Positions 47,279 to 56,873 of a DNA stretch of 64,000 nucleotides are shown piece after piece. Origin of the DNA: Gemmatimonadota bacterium (lineage in GTDB: Bacteria; Gemmatimonadota; Gemmatimonadetes; Palauibacterales; Palauibacteraceae); contig OY762926.1 in NCBI GenBank assembly GCA_963666735.1, positions 2,240,001-2,304,000 of the forward strand, read 5' to 3'. Position 1 is the first letter of the stretch. The number at the start of each line of letters is the position of its first letter. The position numbers and the translations under genes are program-made. The notes beneath the pieces are model-generated. The model was not told the DNA's origin. It saw only the letters and a program-made list of their open reading frames with translations, and searched no databases.

Positions 47279-48616
47279 TTGGTCAAGATCCCCGTATCCG
47301 GGCCGACCCTCCGGGATCTTCTGCACGACCGGGATCTCGTGTCCGAGCTCCGACGCATTCTCACGTCGGGGGCCGGGCCCGAGGTGAACGGCCGCTACTA
47401 TCATTGGGACAAGCTGCGGCATCTGGATCCCCCAGCCGGTCTCACCACCCGCGAATGGTGGCTCGCGCTCAAGTTCGCCCGGGCCTCACTCGCCAAGCCG
47501 ATCGCCCTCCTGGACAAAACCGGCGCACCGTTCACGTTTTCGATGACGGATACCGTGTTCCAAGCCATCCACCGGATCGACCGGGACGCGAGCGGAAAGA
47601 TCGAGATCAGCGAGCAGGTCACGAGCCCGGAAACGCGAGACCGGTACATCATCAGTTCCCTGATGCAGGAGGCCATCGCTTCCAGTCAGCTCGAGGGCGC
47701 GGTCACAACGATCGAGAAGGCCAAGGACATGATCAGGACCGGCCGAAAGCCGTCCGATCAGAGTGAGCAGATGGTCCTCAACAACTACTTGGCAATGCGC
47801 GGCGTACGGCAGTTCACGCACGAACGGCTGACGCCCGAGAGAATTTTCGAACTCCAGAAAATCGTTACCGCCGACACGCTCGACGACCCGGACGCGGCCG
47901 GCCGGTTGCGGCGACGGGAGGACGATGTCGTTGTGAGCGACTTCGATGGCGAGATTCTCCACCGCCCGCCGGACGCCTCCGAGCTGGAGGAACGCCTCGA
48001 TCGGATGTGCGCGTTCGCCAACGGGGAGGATGGGGACGCCTTCGTTCACCCGGTGGTCCGCGCCGTCCTTCTTCACTTCTGGGTCGGGTACGATCACCCG
48101 TTCGTCGATGGCAACGGCCGGACGGCCAGGGCACTCTTCTACTGGTCCATGCTGTCGCAGGGTTACTGGCTTTGCGAGTACATCTCGATTTCGACGCTTC
48201 TCCGCTCGCAACCGGCCAAATACGCTCGATCCTACCTGCATACCGAGACCGACGAGAACGACCTGACCTATTTCCTGCTCCACCAGCTAGGCATCATCCG
48301 ACGGGCGATTGACGAACTGCATGTCCACCTCGACGGGAAGATGGAAGAGGTTCGGCGCGTCGAGGCCCTCCTGCGACAGGCGGTGGTTCTCAACCATCGA
48401 CAGCTTGCGCTCCTGGGCCACTCTCTGAAGCACCCCAACAGCCGCTACTCGATCCGGTCTCATCGGAGCAGTCACAACGTGGTCTACCAGACCGCTCGCA
48501 CGGATCTGCTGGATCTCACCGATCGAGGGCTCCTAATGAGACGAAGGGTGGGCCAGACGTTCTACTTCTACCCGAAGCGGGATCTCGCCGAACGCCTGAA
48601 GCGCCTCGAGGCCTGA
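47279..48616 (+). CDS. Fic-domain protein (class II, N-terminal inhibitory helix) with C-terminal wHTH-like region
   Basis: HPFVDGNGRTAR; SSQLEG matches (S/T)xxxE(G/N). Confidence 0.9.
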   Translation: MVKIPVSGPTLRDLLHDRDLVSELRRILTSGAGPEVNGRYYHWDKLRHLDPPAGLTTREWWLALKFARASLAKPIALLDKTGAPFTFSMTDTVFQAIHRIDRDASGKIEISEQVTSPETRDRYIISSLMQEAIASSQLEGAVTTIEKAKDMIRTGRKPSDQSEQMVLNNYLAMRGVRQFTHERLTPERIFELQKIVTADTLDDPDAAGRLRRREDDVVVSDFDGEILHRPPDASELEERLDRMCAFANGEDGDAFVHPVVRAVLLHFWVGYDHPFVDGNGRTARALFYWSMLSQGYWLCEYISISTLLRSQPAKYARSYLHTETDENDLTYFLLHQLGIIRRAIDELHVHLDGKMEEVRRVEALLRQAVVLNHRQLALLGHSLKHPNSRYSIRSHRSSHNVVYQTARTDLLDLTDRGLLMRRRVGQTFYFYPKRDLAERLKRLEA

Positions 48617-48637
48617 TCCCGTGGGGCGGGCGCCCCG

Positions 48638-49108
48638 TCAGCGGACCGGTCTCGCCTCCGCGTCGAGGTTCAGGGACCAGTTGTTCCACTTGCGATCCGG
48701 CGAGGCGCCCAGGGATCGGTAGAAGCCCTCGGCCGCGCGGTTCCCGCCCATGACCGTCCAGATCAGTTCGGCCGCATCAATGGACCTGGCGTGTGAGACT
48801 ACGGCCGCCATCAGAGCCCTCCCAGCTCCCGTGTTTCGCGCCGACTCTTCAACGAACAGTTCCTTGAGCACGACCCTGGGCCGAAGCGTGTAGGTCCAGG
48901 AAATCGTGTAGACCACGGCCATCCCGACGAGATCATCATCCTGCTCGGCCACAAACGCGACGAAGAGACGATCGTCTCCGAAGCCATGCTCGAGGACGCT
49001 CTCCCGCGTCACCACGAAGTCGTCGATGTACTCCTCGAACCGCGCGAGCCCCCGCATCAACTCCAGCAACCGATCCACATCTCTTGGCTCAGCCAGCCTG
49101 ACGCGCAT
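48638..49108 (-). CDS. GNAT N-acetyltransferase (SSAT-like)
   Basis: LARFE, LKELFV...RNTGAG, N..A..FY..LGA. Confidence 0.88.
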   Translation of the reverse strand: MRVRLAEPRDVDRLLELMRGLARFEEYIDDFVVTRESVLEHGFGDDRLFVAFVAEQDDDLVGMAVVYTISWTYTLRPRVVLKELFVEESARNTGAGRALMAAVVSHARSIDAAELIWTVMGGNRAAEGFYRSLGASPDRKWNNWSLNLDAEARPVR

Positions 49109-49243
49109 GCGATGGGACTCCGTGCTTGAGGAAAGCGTTGAAGCAAGTCGACCGCCCGCAGCTTGACCGCCCGGCAGATCCGCCTCGGCGAGCGGGCGAA
49201 GCCCCCGCGAGCACACCGACAACCCTACCCGGCACTTGTGCCC

Positions 49244-49319
49244 AAAAAAAGGAGTGCCCTGGAGAATTTGGCCAGCGAAGGGGCGACAGCCCCGAAGCGC
49301 GCGAATTCTCGCGGGCGCA
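49244..49319 (-). terminator. Large hairpin + U7 downstream of tRNA-Arg(ACG), built from copies of the tRNA 3' end
   Basis: Arms 49302-49319 and 49254-49268; A7 on plus strand at 49244-49250. Confidence 0.6.
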
Positions 49320-49346
49320 GTTTCGACTTCCGAAGGAAGGAGAGAA

Positions 49347-49420
49347 TGCGCCCGGGAGAATTCGAATCCCCAACCTCCTGATCCGTAGTCAGGTGCTCTA
49401 TCCAGTTGAGCTACGGGCGC
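49347..49420 (-). tRNA. tRNA-Arg(ACG)
   Basis: Cloverleaf, anticodon loop CTACGGA. Confidence 0.95.
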
Positions 49421-49465
49421 TCGATGCATCATGTGTGCGGAATCGGGAGATCCCGCGGTCCTGCA

Positions 49466-49551
49466 TGCCCAGGAGAGGATTCGAACCTCCACGTCCGTAA
49501 AAGGACACTAGCCCCTCAAGCTAGCGCGTCTGCCAGTTCCGCCACCTGGGC
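49466..49551 (-). tRNA. tRNA-Leu(GAG)
   Basis: Cloverleaf with long variable arm, loop TTGAGGG. Confidence 0.95.
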
Positions 49552-49557
49552 CGGTGA

Positions 49558-49643
49558 TGCTCGGGGGGGGAGTCGAACCCCCACGGGATGTTAATCCCAC
49601 AGGATCCTGAATCCTGCGCGTCTGCCAGTTCCGCCACCCGAGC
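49558..49643 (-). tRNA. tRNA-Leu(CAG)
   Basis: Cloverleaf with long variable arm, loop TTCAGGA. Confidence 0.95.
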
Positions 49644-49715
49644 CTGCGCCCCTGAACCCTCGGGTCCGGGGAGTCGCCTCCCACGAACCGGTGCTGCCGG
49701 CCCGGCCGGGACGAG

Positions 49716-49790
49716 TGCGCCCGACAGGATTCGAACCTGTGACCTCTTGCTCCGGAGGCAAGCGCTCTATCCAGGCTGAGCTACGGGCGC
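49716..49790 (-). tRNA. tRNA-Arg(CCG)
   Basis: Cloverleaf, loop CTCCGGA. Confidence 0.95.
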
Positions 49791-49893
49791 AGACACGAAA
49801 CGCGCCGCCGGAAGAGGCGACGCGCCGTGGACGCAATCTAACCGGCCCGGCCCCCAACGTCCACCTGCCGTCGGGGGCCGACCGCGATTCGGT

Positions 49894-51180
49894 TCAGCGC
49901 GACCCGGACGAGGCCGCGGCCGCGTCGTCGATCGCGCCGATGACGAGGTCGAGGAGTCCGTCGATCGCGCCGCCGGGGATCCAGCGGGCCACCACGACGA
50001 GGTCGTTCACCGGGTCGCAGTAGATCATGTTCGTGCCGTTGCCGAGGTGCGCCCACGCCTCGTCCGGCGCGCTCGGATAGCGCTTGTCCCCCTCTTCTTC
50101 CGCGACGTTGAGCATGAAGTTCATGAACCCGTAGGAGCCGTTGGCCGGGCCGGGCGTCGTCGCAAGGTCAAACCACTCCTCGGACAGGAGTTGCCGGTCT
50201 CCCCACTCGCCGCGCCGCAGGGTGAAGAGCCCGAAGCGCGCCTGGTCGCGGGCGCTGATGAACATGCCGCCGCCCCAGTGGCCGCCGCCGCTCACCGACT
50301 GCACGCGACGTCCATCGATCGTGACCCACGAGTTCTCGTAGCCGTTCCAGCGCCAGGTCGGAGAGGCCCCGATCGGCCCCATCACGCGTTCGTGAAGAAC
50401 CTCGGGCAGCGGACGCCTGAGGACGCTCATCGCGGCGAGCGCGAGGACGTTCACCCGCGTGTCGTTGTACTCGTAGACGGTGCCGGAAGGGTGGCGAGCG
50501 CGCGTCAGCCAGGTGGAGGGGTCGCCGCTCGGACGGTCGGCCCAGTCCGGCTTGCCCCACAGCGTGCCCTCCCAGTCGGAGGTCTGCCGCAGGAGGTCGT
50601 CCCACGTGATGGTGCGGTTGTGCTCGGACTCGAACAGGGTCGTCGGATCGGGCTTCCCGAAGCCAATGCGGTCCACGCCGGGCTCCCCGTCGCCCGGGGG
50701 CACGTCGATCGGGGCCATGTACTCGCGCGCGGTATCATCGAGCGAGCCGATGAGTCCGTCGTCCCAGGCGAGTCCCACCGACGTCGAGAGGAAGGATTTG
50801 GTCACGCTGTACGTCATGTCGACGCGTTTCGTGTCCCCCCACTCCGCGACGATGTAGCCGTGGCGCACGATCATCCCGGCCGGCCCGCCCCGCACGCTGA
50901 AGGGGCCGATCCCCTCTCCGAGCGGTTCGCGCCCGAAACTCCGGCTGTGCTCGAACTCCCGGTCGCGCGCCTGGCTCGTCTCATGATCGAGCGCGTATTC
51001 GACGGCCGCCTGGACGCCTGTCGCGCTCATCCCCACCTGCTCCGGAGTGCGCGTCTCCCACGCGTTTCCGCGCGCCGGCACGTACTGCGCGGCCATCGCC
51101 GCCGGCATCGGCATCGTCGCGAAAACCGCAAGAACTCCCGTCCGCAGCGCACCGGCATGTGCGCGAACCATGTTCCGCAT
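49894..51180 (-). CDS. Exported serine hydrolase, beta-lactamase family
   Basis: SVTK (SxxK), YND, ARDQARFG; GGAGG SD. Confidence 0.88.
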   Translation of the reverse strand: MRNMVRAHAGALRTGVLAVFATMPMPAAMAAQYVPARGNAWETRTPEQVGMSATGVQAAVEYALDHETSQARDREFEHSRSFGREPLGEGIGPFSVRGGPAGMIVRHGYIVAEWGDTKRVDMTYSVTKSFLSTSVGLAWDDGLIGSLDDTAREYMAPIDVPPGDGEPGVDRIGFGKPDPTTLFESEHNRTITWDDLLRQTSDWEGTLWGKPDWADRPSGDPSTWLTRARHPSGTVYEYNDTRVNVLALAAMSVLRRPLPEVLHERVMGPIGASPTWRWNGYENSWVTIDGRRVQSVSGGGHWGGGMFISARDQARFGLFTLRRGEWGDRQLLSEEWFDLATTPGPANGSYGFMNFMLNVAEEEGDKRYPSAPDEAWAHLGNGTNMIYCDPVNDLVVVARWIPGGAIDGLLDLVIGAIDDAAAASSGSR

Positions 51181-51376
51181 GAGAACCTCCCTACTGTCCC
51201 GAGGAGAAGCGTCGCAGACCACGAACCGCCAAGGCGACGCTCCGACCCACCATGTGAAGCATCGTAACGAACGAGACTGCGCGGGTACACCGGGTTTGGG
51301 ATGCCCGGGGCGCCGTTGACGGTGCGTTGCGTTCGTACCGTAAGACATAACGGAGACCAGTTTCCTCACAGCCGAG

Positions 51377-51470
51377 GTGAGCAGAACCATCGGGGTTGCA
51401 GCTTTCCGCAAGGCGTGCACACGACTCATCGCACAGGTGAGCGAGGACCGCGGGGCATGTGCGAACGGTA
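51377..51470 (+). pseudogene. Possible Phd/YefM antitoxin N-terminal remnant
   Basis: MSRTIGVAAFRKACTRLIAQVSEDR resembles the Phd N-terminus; GAGG before GTG. Confidence 0.4.
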
Positions 51471-51536
51471 GACGCCCGAAGCTAGTCGACGGCGACGGCG
51501 TGCCCGGCCCGATCCCCGCCAACGCCGTCCGGACTG

Positions 51537-52124
51537 CTACGAGGAGCGCGACCTGCCGATCCAGCGCCGTACCCAGCGAATGGCCACGCTCGAGCCTACC
51601 GCCAGCACGCTCGCCAGCAGGTCGAACCCGATGTCGAACCAGTCGAACGTGCGGCTGGGCAGGAAGAACTGGATGCACTCGTCCACCACGCCGACCAGCG
51701 TCGTCCCCGCGATGGCCAGCACGGCGGGGACGGGGACGCGCCTCCCCTGGCTTTTCCGCTCGACAAGGGCTTCATGCACGATGAGCGCCAGGACGGCGTA
51801 CTCGATCAGGTGAGAACGCTCGGCCGCGCTGATCCCGCGGGCGAACCCGAGGACGGCGATGGCCGCGACTCCCAGCCCGAAGCCGACTTCGACGCCGCGC
51901 GAACGTCCCCTCAGCCCCTGCACCAGGATCATCGCCCCGATCAGGAGCATGCCGCCGCTGAACATCGAGGCGGTGTACTCGAGCAGCCCGCTCTCGCGCA
52001 GCGCATCGGCCAGCGTCCGGGCCAGATCGGCCGTCGCGTAGATCGCCACGACCACGGCCAGCGCCCAGATCCACAGGCGCCGTTCCCGGCCGGAGGAGAG
52101 AATCTGTCGCTCGTCGCCGCTCAT
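51537..52124 (-). CDS. VanZ family membrane protein
   Basis: ERSHLIEY, GVVDE.IQ.FLPSR.FD..D. Confidence 0.85.
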   Translation of the reverse strand: MSGDERQILSSGRERRLWIWALAVVVAIYATADLARTLADALRESGLLEYTASMFSGGMLLIGAMILVQGLRGRSRGVEVGFGLGVAAIAVLGFARGISAAERSHLIEYAVLALIVHEALVERKSQGRRVPVPAVLAIAGTTLVGVVDECIQFFLPSRTFDWFDIGFDLLASVLAVGSSVAIRWVRRWIGRSRSS

Positions 52125-52153
52125 CGTGCGACGCGGGGCTTCATCAAGAGCTT

Positions 52154-52447
52154 CTACGCAACTTCACGCGGTCGGATGGCTCGCAGCGCGTCGGCGACAG
52201 CCCGCTCGGCGAGCGCGAGTTCGTAGCGATCCTGCAGGTTCATCCAACTCTGGGCGTCGGTACCGAAGTACCTGGCAAGCCGTAGTGCCGTCTCCGCCGT
52301 GATGCCGCGGCGACCGCGCACGATCTCGTTGATTCGCGCGGGAGTCACTCCCAGGGCTCTGGCAAGAGCGTTGGAGGACAGCGCAAACGGCTCCATGAAG
52401 TCGTGCTTCAAGACCTCGCCCGGGTGTACCGGCTCCAGTTCAATCAT
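52154..52447 (-). CDS. higA: HigA family antitoxin
   Basis: PVHPGEVL, RINEIVRGRRGITAETALRLARYFGT..Q.WMNLQ..YEL. Confidence 0.93.
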   Translation of the reverse strand: MIELEPVHPGEVLKHDFMEPFALSSNALARALGVTPARINEIVRGRRGITAETALRLARYFGTDAQSWMNLQDRYELALAERAVADALRAIRPREVA

Positions 52448-52462
52448 TGGTGTATTTTCCGT

Positions 52463-52692
52463 TCAGCGGTGGTAGTCCACGATCTCCGCGTCGTACGCGT
52501 TGCCGCGCGCGAAGCGAAAGCGAAGTCGCCACTGATCATTGATGCGGATGCTGTAGATACCCTCGCCAGGGTCGCTGCCGCGTCCAGTTGCGCCAGCTTC
52601 CGTTGCGCGACCCGCTCAAAGGCCGCAAACCGGGGCACCCGACAGCCGGCCGCGAGCTGCTCGGTGTCTCGGCAACGAAAGCTCCGGATCAT
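52463..52692 (-). pseudogene. higB: HigB (RelE-like) toxin with internal frameshifting deletion
   Basis: MIRSFRCRDT...RKLAQLDAA; YSIRINDQWR..F...AYD.EIVDYH in another frame; PPGNRLE segment missing. Confidence 0.85.
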
Positions 52693-52702
52693 GAGTCAAG
52701 CT

Positions 52703-52719
52703 ATATCGTATATCGATAT
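52703..52719. promoter_or_regulatory. Inverted repeat ATATCG-N5-CGATAT, candidate HigA operator
   Basis: 10 nt upstream of higB ATG. Confidence 0.6.
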
Positions 52720-52855
52720 GCGCGCAACCCCGCGGCGATACCAACCCTCGCCGGCGGAACCCGTGAATCATCGATCGATGGGCTGTATGATTGCTGACAC
52801 CTCGGTTGCTGGAGGGTTTTCGGTTGAGGGTTGAAGGACGAAAGAGGGCGAAGCT

Positions 52856-53944
52856 ATGAAGATAGCCACGATTCGAGCAGCGGTCGTGCTGGCCGTGGTC
52901 GCCGGAGTATCGGTCTCCGTCGCACGGGCGCAGGATGGCGGCACCGTGCCGCGCACGCCGGACGGGCGGCCGGACCTGCAGGGGAACTGGACGAACGGGA
53001 CGATCACGCCCATCGAGCGCCCCCAGGGGTTCGAGGCCGTGCTCACGCCCGAGCAGGTCGCGCAGATCGAGGGCGGACGGCAGGAGTGCATCGAGGCCCA
53101 CTCCGGGTCCAGCGATCCCGATCGTGACGCGCCGACGGAGGGCGGCACGACGATCGGCTGCGACTTCATCCTGGAGGCGGCGGCCGGCGGCACGGGCGGG
53201 TACAACCTCTTCTACCTGGACCGGGGCGATCAGGTCGCGGTCGTGAACGGCGAGCCGCGCAGCTCCCTCCTCACCGTGCCGGCAGACGGGCGCATCCCCG
53301 GACGCACCGCCGAGGCGCAGCAGCGGCTGGGCCAGCTCATGGCCACCCGCGGCCGGCACGGCGAGTACGACAACCCCGAGAACCGACCGCTCTCCGAGCG
53401 CTGCATCGTTTCCTTCGGGTCCAACGCCGGACCGCCGATGCTCCCCAACTACTTCTACAATAACAACTACACCATCGTGCAGACGCCGTCCCACGTCGTG
53501 ATCATGACGGAGATGGTGCACGACACCCGCATCATTCCTGTCGGTGTTTCTGCCGGGTCCGGGGAGGCGGACCAGAGCGGCGCCCCGCCGTCGTTCCCCG
53601 AGGCGATCCGCCCCTGGTTCGGGGATTCCCGCGGCTGGTGGGAGGACGACACCCTCGTCATCGAGACGACGAAGCTCAATCCGGAGCAGCTCACGGCCTA
53701 CCGCGAGTTCTTCGGCGCGACCCCGAACATGAAGATCACGGAACGGCTCACGCGCGTGGACGCGAACACGATCAACTACGAGTTCCTGATCGACGACCCC
53801 GACACGTGGGAGAGTCCGTGGGGCGGCGAGGTCCCGTTCGTGAGGATGGAGGACCTCCTCTACGAGTACGCCTGCCACGAGGCGAACTACGCGCTGGAGA
53901 ACGTGCTGCGCGGGGCGCGGGCGCAGGAGCGCGAGAACCGGTAG
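52856..53944 (+). CDS. Exported hypothetical protein (PRTPDGRPDLQG...EYACHE family)
   Basis: Signal peptide; GDSRG.WEDDTLVIET, EYACHEANY; GC3-rich codons. Confidence 0.85.
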   Translation: MKIATIRAAVVLAVVAGVSVSVARAQDGGTVPRTPDGRPDLQGNWTNGTITPIERPQGFEAVLTPEQVAQIEGGRQECIEAHSGSSDPDRDAPTEGGTTIGCDFILEAAAGGTGGYNLFYLDRGDQVAVVNGEPRSSLLTVPADGRIPGRTAEAQQRLGQLMATRGRHGEYDNPENRPLSERCIVSFGSNAGPPMLPNYFYNNNYTIVQTPSHVVIMTEMVHDTRIIPVGVSAGSGEADQSGAPPSFPEAIRPWFGDSRGWWEDDTLVIETTKLNPEQLTAYREFFGATPNMKITERLTRVDANTINYEFLIDDPDTWESPWGGEVPFVRMEDLLYEYACHEANYALENVLRGARAQERENR

Positions 53945-54004
53945 GGCACAAGCCGACCCCCGGAAAGCGGGGCGAGGCGGCGGGAGGAACGCGGCGGGAG
54001 GAAA

Positions 54005-54077
<73 letters not shown>

Positions 54078-54088
54078 GTGCGGTCTCA

Positions 54089-54161
54089 TGGAGCCGAGGG
54101 GATTCGAACCCCTGACCTCTGCAATGCCATTGCAGCGCTCTCCCAGCTGAGCTACGGCCCC
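54089..54161 (-). tRNA. tRNA-Ala(GGC)
   Basis: G3.U70, loop ATGGCAT. Confidence 0.95.
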
Positions 54162-54226
54162 GTGCTTCAACTTCTCTTGCGAGCGGACGGGCTGTCGCCG
54201 CTCCCGTCCGCCAGGTTTTCCGTCCA

Positions 54227-54298
54227 TACCCCCAAGGGGAATCGAACCCCTATCTCCACCTTGAAAGAGTGGTGTCCTAGCCGTTGGACGATGGGGGC
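54227..54298 (-). tRNA. tRNA-Glu(TTC)
   Basis: Cloverleaf, loop CTTTCAA. Confidence 0.95.
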
Positions 54299-54326
54299 TC
54301 GTGCCGCTGTCGTCCCCTGCTTGCCA

Positions 54327-54401
54327 CGCGCCCGCCAGGACTCGAACCTGGGACCCCCGGCTTAGAAGGCCGGTGCTCTGATCCAACTGAGCTACGGGCG
54401 C
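54327..54401 (-). tRNA. tRNA-Arg(TCT)
   Basis: Cloverleaf, loop CTTCTAA. Confidence 0.95.
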
Positions 54402-54408
54402 CCGTAAG

Positions 54409-54480
54409 AGCTCGCGGCGGGATTTGAACCCGCGACCTCATCCTTACCAAGGACGCGCTCTACCCCTGAGCTACGCGAGC
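54409..54480 (-). tRNA. tRNA-Thr(GGT)
   Basis: Cloverleaf, loop TTGGTAA. Confidence 0.95.
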
Positions 54481-54482
54481 GA

Positions 54483-54555
54483 CAGGGGCGGAGGGACTCG
54501 AACCCCCAACCGCCGGTTTTGGAGACCGGTGCTCTACCAATTGAGCTACGCCCCT
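54483..54555 (-). tRNA. tRNA-Trp(CCA)
   Basis: Cloverleaf, loop CTCCAAA. Confidence 0.95.
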
Positions 54556-54597
54556 CTGCCGCTTCCCGCGAACCGGCCGATGGCGGCCCGTGGCAAA

Positions 54598-54670
54598 TGG
54601 CTGGGGGCGGAGTCGAACCGCCGACACCGGCGTTTTCAGCGCCGTGCTCTACCGCCTGAGCTACCCAGCC
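54598..54670 (-). tRNA. tRNA-Phe(GAA)
   Basis: Cloverleaf, loop CTGAAAA. Confidence 0.95.
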
Positions 54671-54682
54671 CTTTCAGCCCTA

Positions 54683-54755
54683 CTCCGGGGGTGGGATTCG
54701 AACCCACGACCTAGTGGTTAACAGCCACCCGCTCTGGCCACTGAGCTACCCCGGA
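54683..54755 (-). tRNA. tRNA-Asn(GTT)
   Basis: Cloverleaf, loop CTGTTAA. Confidence 0.95.
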
Positions 54756-54830
54756 CCGTACCCCTCTCTCGCGAAAGAGATCGGAGAACAAAACGCCTCG
54801 CCGCGCAACTTGGCGAGGCGAGGCGAGGGA

Positions 54831-54904
<74 letters not shown>

Positions 54905-54915
54905 ACGCGGCTCGG

Positions 54916-54944
54916 AGGATACAAGAGCGAGGGGCAGGTGTCAA
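54916..54944 (-). promoter_or_regulatory. Sigma70-type promoter of the 9-tRNA operon, TTGACA-N17-TATCCT
   Basis: -35 at 54944-54939, -10 at 54921-54916; same hexamers as the blaI promoter. Confidence 0.8.
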
Positions 54945-54990
54945 CCACGAAACGGCCGCCGCCCAGCTTGGCCGGGCGCGGTCACGGAGG

Positions 54991-56769
54991 CTATGCCGTG
55001 GCCGATCCTCCGCCCCAGCCCCGCGGGTCCGGTCCCCCCGTCAGTCGGCCGGTATCCGGGTCGATTCCGACCGCGTGGAGTTGTGCGACGAACGCGTCGT
55101 TCGCGACGTCCAGGCCGCGCCCCTCGAGTTCGTCCCTGAGGTGATGGTACAACTGCGGCTCCATCTCCAGAAGGTGATCCTCCCAGTGCCAGCGCGGGAC
55201 GGACACGGCTTCGAGGGCCGACATGCCGAAGTCGACCGTATTGCTGATCGTGTGCTGGACGGCGCCCAGGATCCGGGTGCCGCCGGCCGCGCCCGTGACC
55301 AGAATCGGGTGTCCGTCGCGGAGCACGATCGCGGGCGAGATCCCCGTGATGCGCGCCTTGCCGGGCGCGATGCTGTTCGGCCGTCCGGCGACCGGGTTGA
55401 ACTGGAACATGCAGTTGTTCCAGGTGAAGCCGAGACCGTCGGTGACGACCCCCGAAGCCGACCCGAGCGTGTGCGTGAGCGCCACGCAGTTCCCTTCCCG
55501 GTCCGCCGTCGAGAGGTGCGTCGTATCCGGGCCCTCCGGCGGCTCCTCCGCGACGTCCGGCGGGAGTTCGCGGCGGTCGATGAAACCTCTCAGTTCGGCG
55601 GCGCGATCCTTCGACACGAGGATGTCCGTCGGGTCGTCGATGAACTTCGGGTCGCCGTGGTATCGGCGCCGGTCGATGAAGGACAGGATCTGGGCGCGGC
55701 CGAGAAGTTCCACATGGTCCGCCTCGCCGTGCTCGAGGTCCGGAACATCGTAGCCCTCGAGGATGTTCAGGATCTCGATGACCTGCGCGCCGCTCCCCGG
55801 CAGGGCGTTCGAGAACACCTCGTGTCCGCGGTAGGCGCCGTGCACCGGATCGTAGACATCGGGCGTGTACGCCTCGAGGTCGGCCATCGTGATGAGCCCG
55901 TCGTTGCGTTCGAAATCCGCCGCGATGCGTTCGGCGATCTCGCCCCGGTAGACGACGTCGGCGCCGCCCGCGGCGATGAGTTCGAGCGTGCGGCCGTAAT
56001 CGGGCTGCACGAGCCGTTCCCCGGCCCGCCACGGGACACCGTTGTTGAGGAAGATGCGCGCGGAGGCGTCGGTCGTCCGGACCTTGGTGAAGAACGGGAC
56101 GACGCCCGAGGACGACTCGGTCCGGGTCGTGAAGCCGCGCGCCAAAGCACCGGGGATCTCGAACCCGTCGTACGCGAGCCGGATCGCCGGCTCGACGAGT
56201 TCGGCCCACGGCCGCGTCCCGAAACGGGTCCACGCCTCCCACAGGCCGGCGATGGTACCGGGCGTGACGACGGCCTTGTAGCCGATCTGGTTGATGTCGC
56301 CGCGCACCTTCCAGCGGTCCGCGTGGCCGTAGATCCGCCCTTCGAGCGCGCTCCGGTAGATGTCGGGGGTGGCCCTGCTCCCCGCCCGCCCGTGGAAATC
56401 GATGGACATGGCGCGTCCGGTGCTCGCGTCGTACACGACCATGCAGCCGAAGCCGCCGACCCCCGCCGAGAACGGGGTCGTGATGAACTGCGCGAAGGCC
56501 GTTGCGATGGCCGCGTCGATCGCGTTGCCCCCGCGCCTGAGAGTCTCGACCCCGGCCTCCACGGCGATCGGCCCGCGCGCGACGACGATCCCGCCGCCCG
56601 CGTCCGTGTCCCCCGCATCCGAAGCGCCCGCAGCCGTCTCCTCGCCGCCCGGACGGCACGCGCCGAGCGAGCCCGAGGCGACGGCCCCCACCCCGGCCGC
56701 CGCCGTCGCGATGAAAGCCCTTCGTGACTGAACATCCGCGGGTCGGAGGTCGGTTCCGTCGGTCGTCAC
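54991..56769 (-). CDS. ggt: Gamma-glutamyltransferase with Tat lipoprotein signal
   Basis: GGNAIDAA, GVGG.G, TTHLS (catalytic Thr), GAAGG.RI, DPR; SRRAFI...LGAC. Confidence 0.9.
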   Translation of the reverse strand: MTTDGTDLRPADVQSRRAFIATAAAGVGAVASGSLGACRPGGEETAAGASDAGDTDAGGGIVVARGPIAVEAGVETLRRGGNAIDAAIATAFAQFITTPFSAGVGGFGCMVVYDASTGRAMSIDFHGRAGSRATPDIYRSALEGRIYGHADRWKVRGDINQIGYKAVVTPGTIAGLWEAWTRFGTRPWAELVEPAIRLAYDGFEIPGALARGFTTRTESSSGVVPFFTKVRTTDASARIFLNNGVPWRAGERLVQPDYGRTLELIAAGGADVVYRGEIAERIAADFERNDGLITMADLEAYTPDVYDPVHGAYRGHEVFSNALPGSGAQVIEILNILEGYDVPDLEHGEADHVELLGRAQILSFIDRRRYHGDPKFIDDPTDILVSKDRAAELRGFIDRRELPPDVAEEPPEGPDTTHLSTADREGNCVALTHTLGSASGVVTDGLGFTWNNCMFQFNPVAGRPNSIAPGKARITGISPAIVLRDGHPILVTGAAGGTRILGAVQHTISNTVDFGMSALEAVSVPRWHWEDHLLEMEPQLYHHLRDELEGRGLDVANDAFVAQLHAVGIDPDTGRLTGGPDPRGWGGGSATA

Positions 56770-56873
56770 GTCACGGCTCCTTGTTGGTGGTGCCAGGTGG
56801 CGGCGTTTCGCCGCGGGCTGTTAAGGTTCGCCCCTCAGCCTGGCGCACGACGCGCGGCATGCGGCCAAACCCG

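Noticed and set aside
41913..49346. Intact integrative element at tRNA-Arg
   Set aside because: No integrase and no distal att copy found; host-like genes are interspersed.
51537..52124. Glycopeptide resistance from VanZ
   Set aside because: The VanZ-like family is widespread and no van cluster is present.
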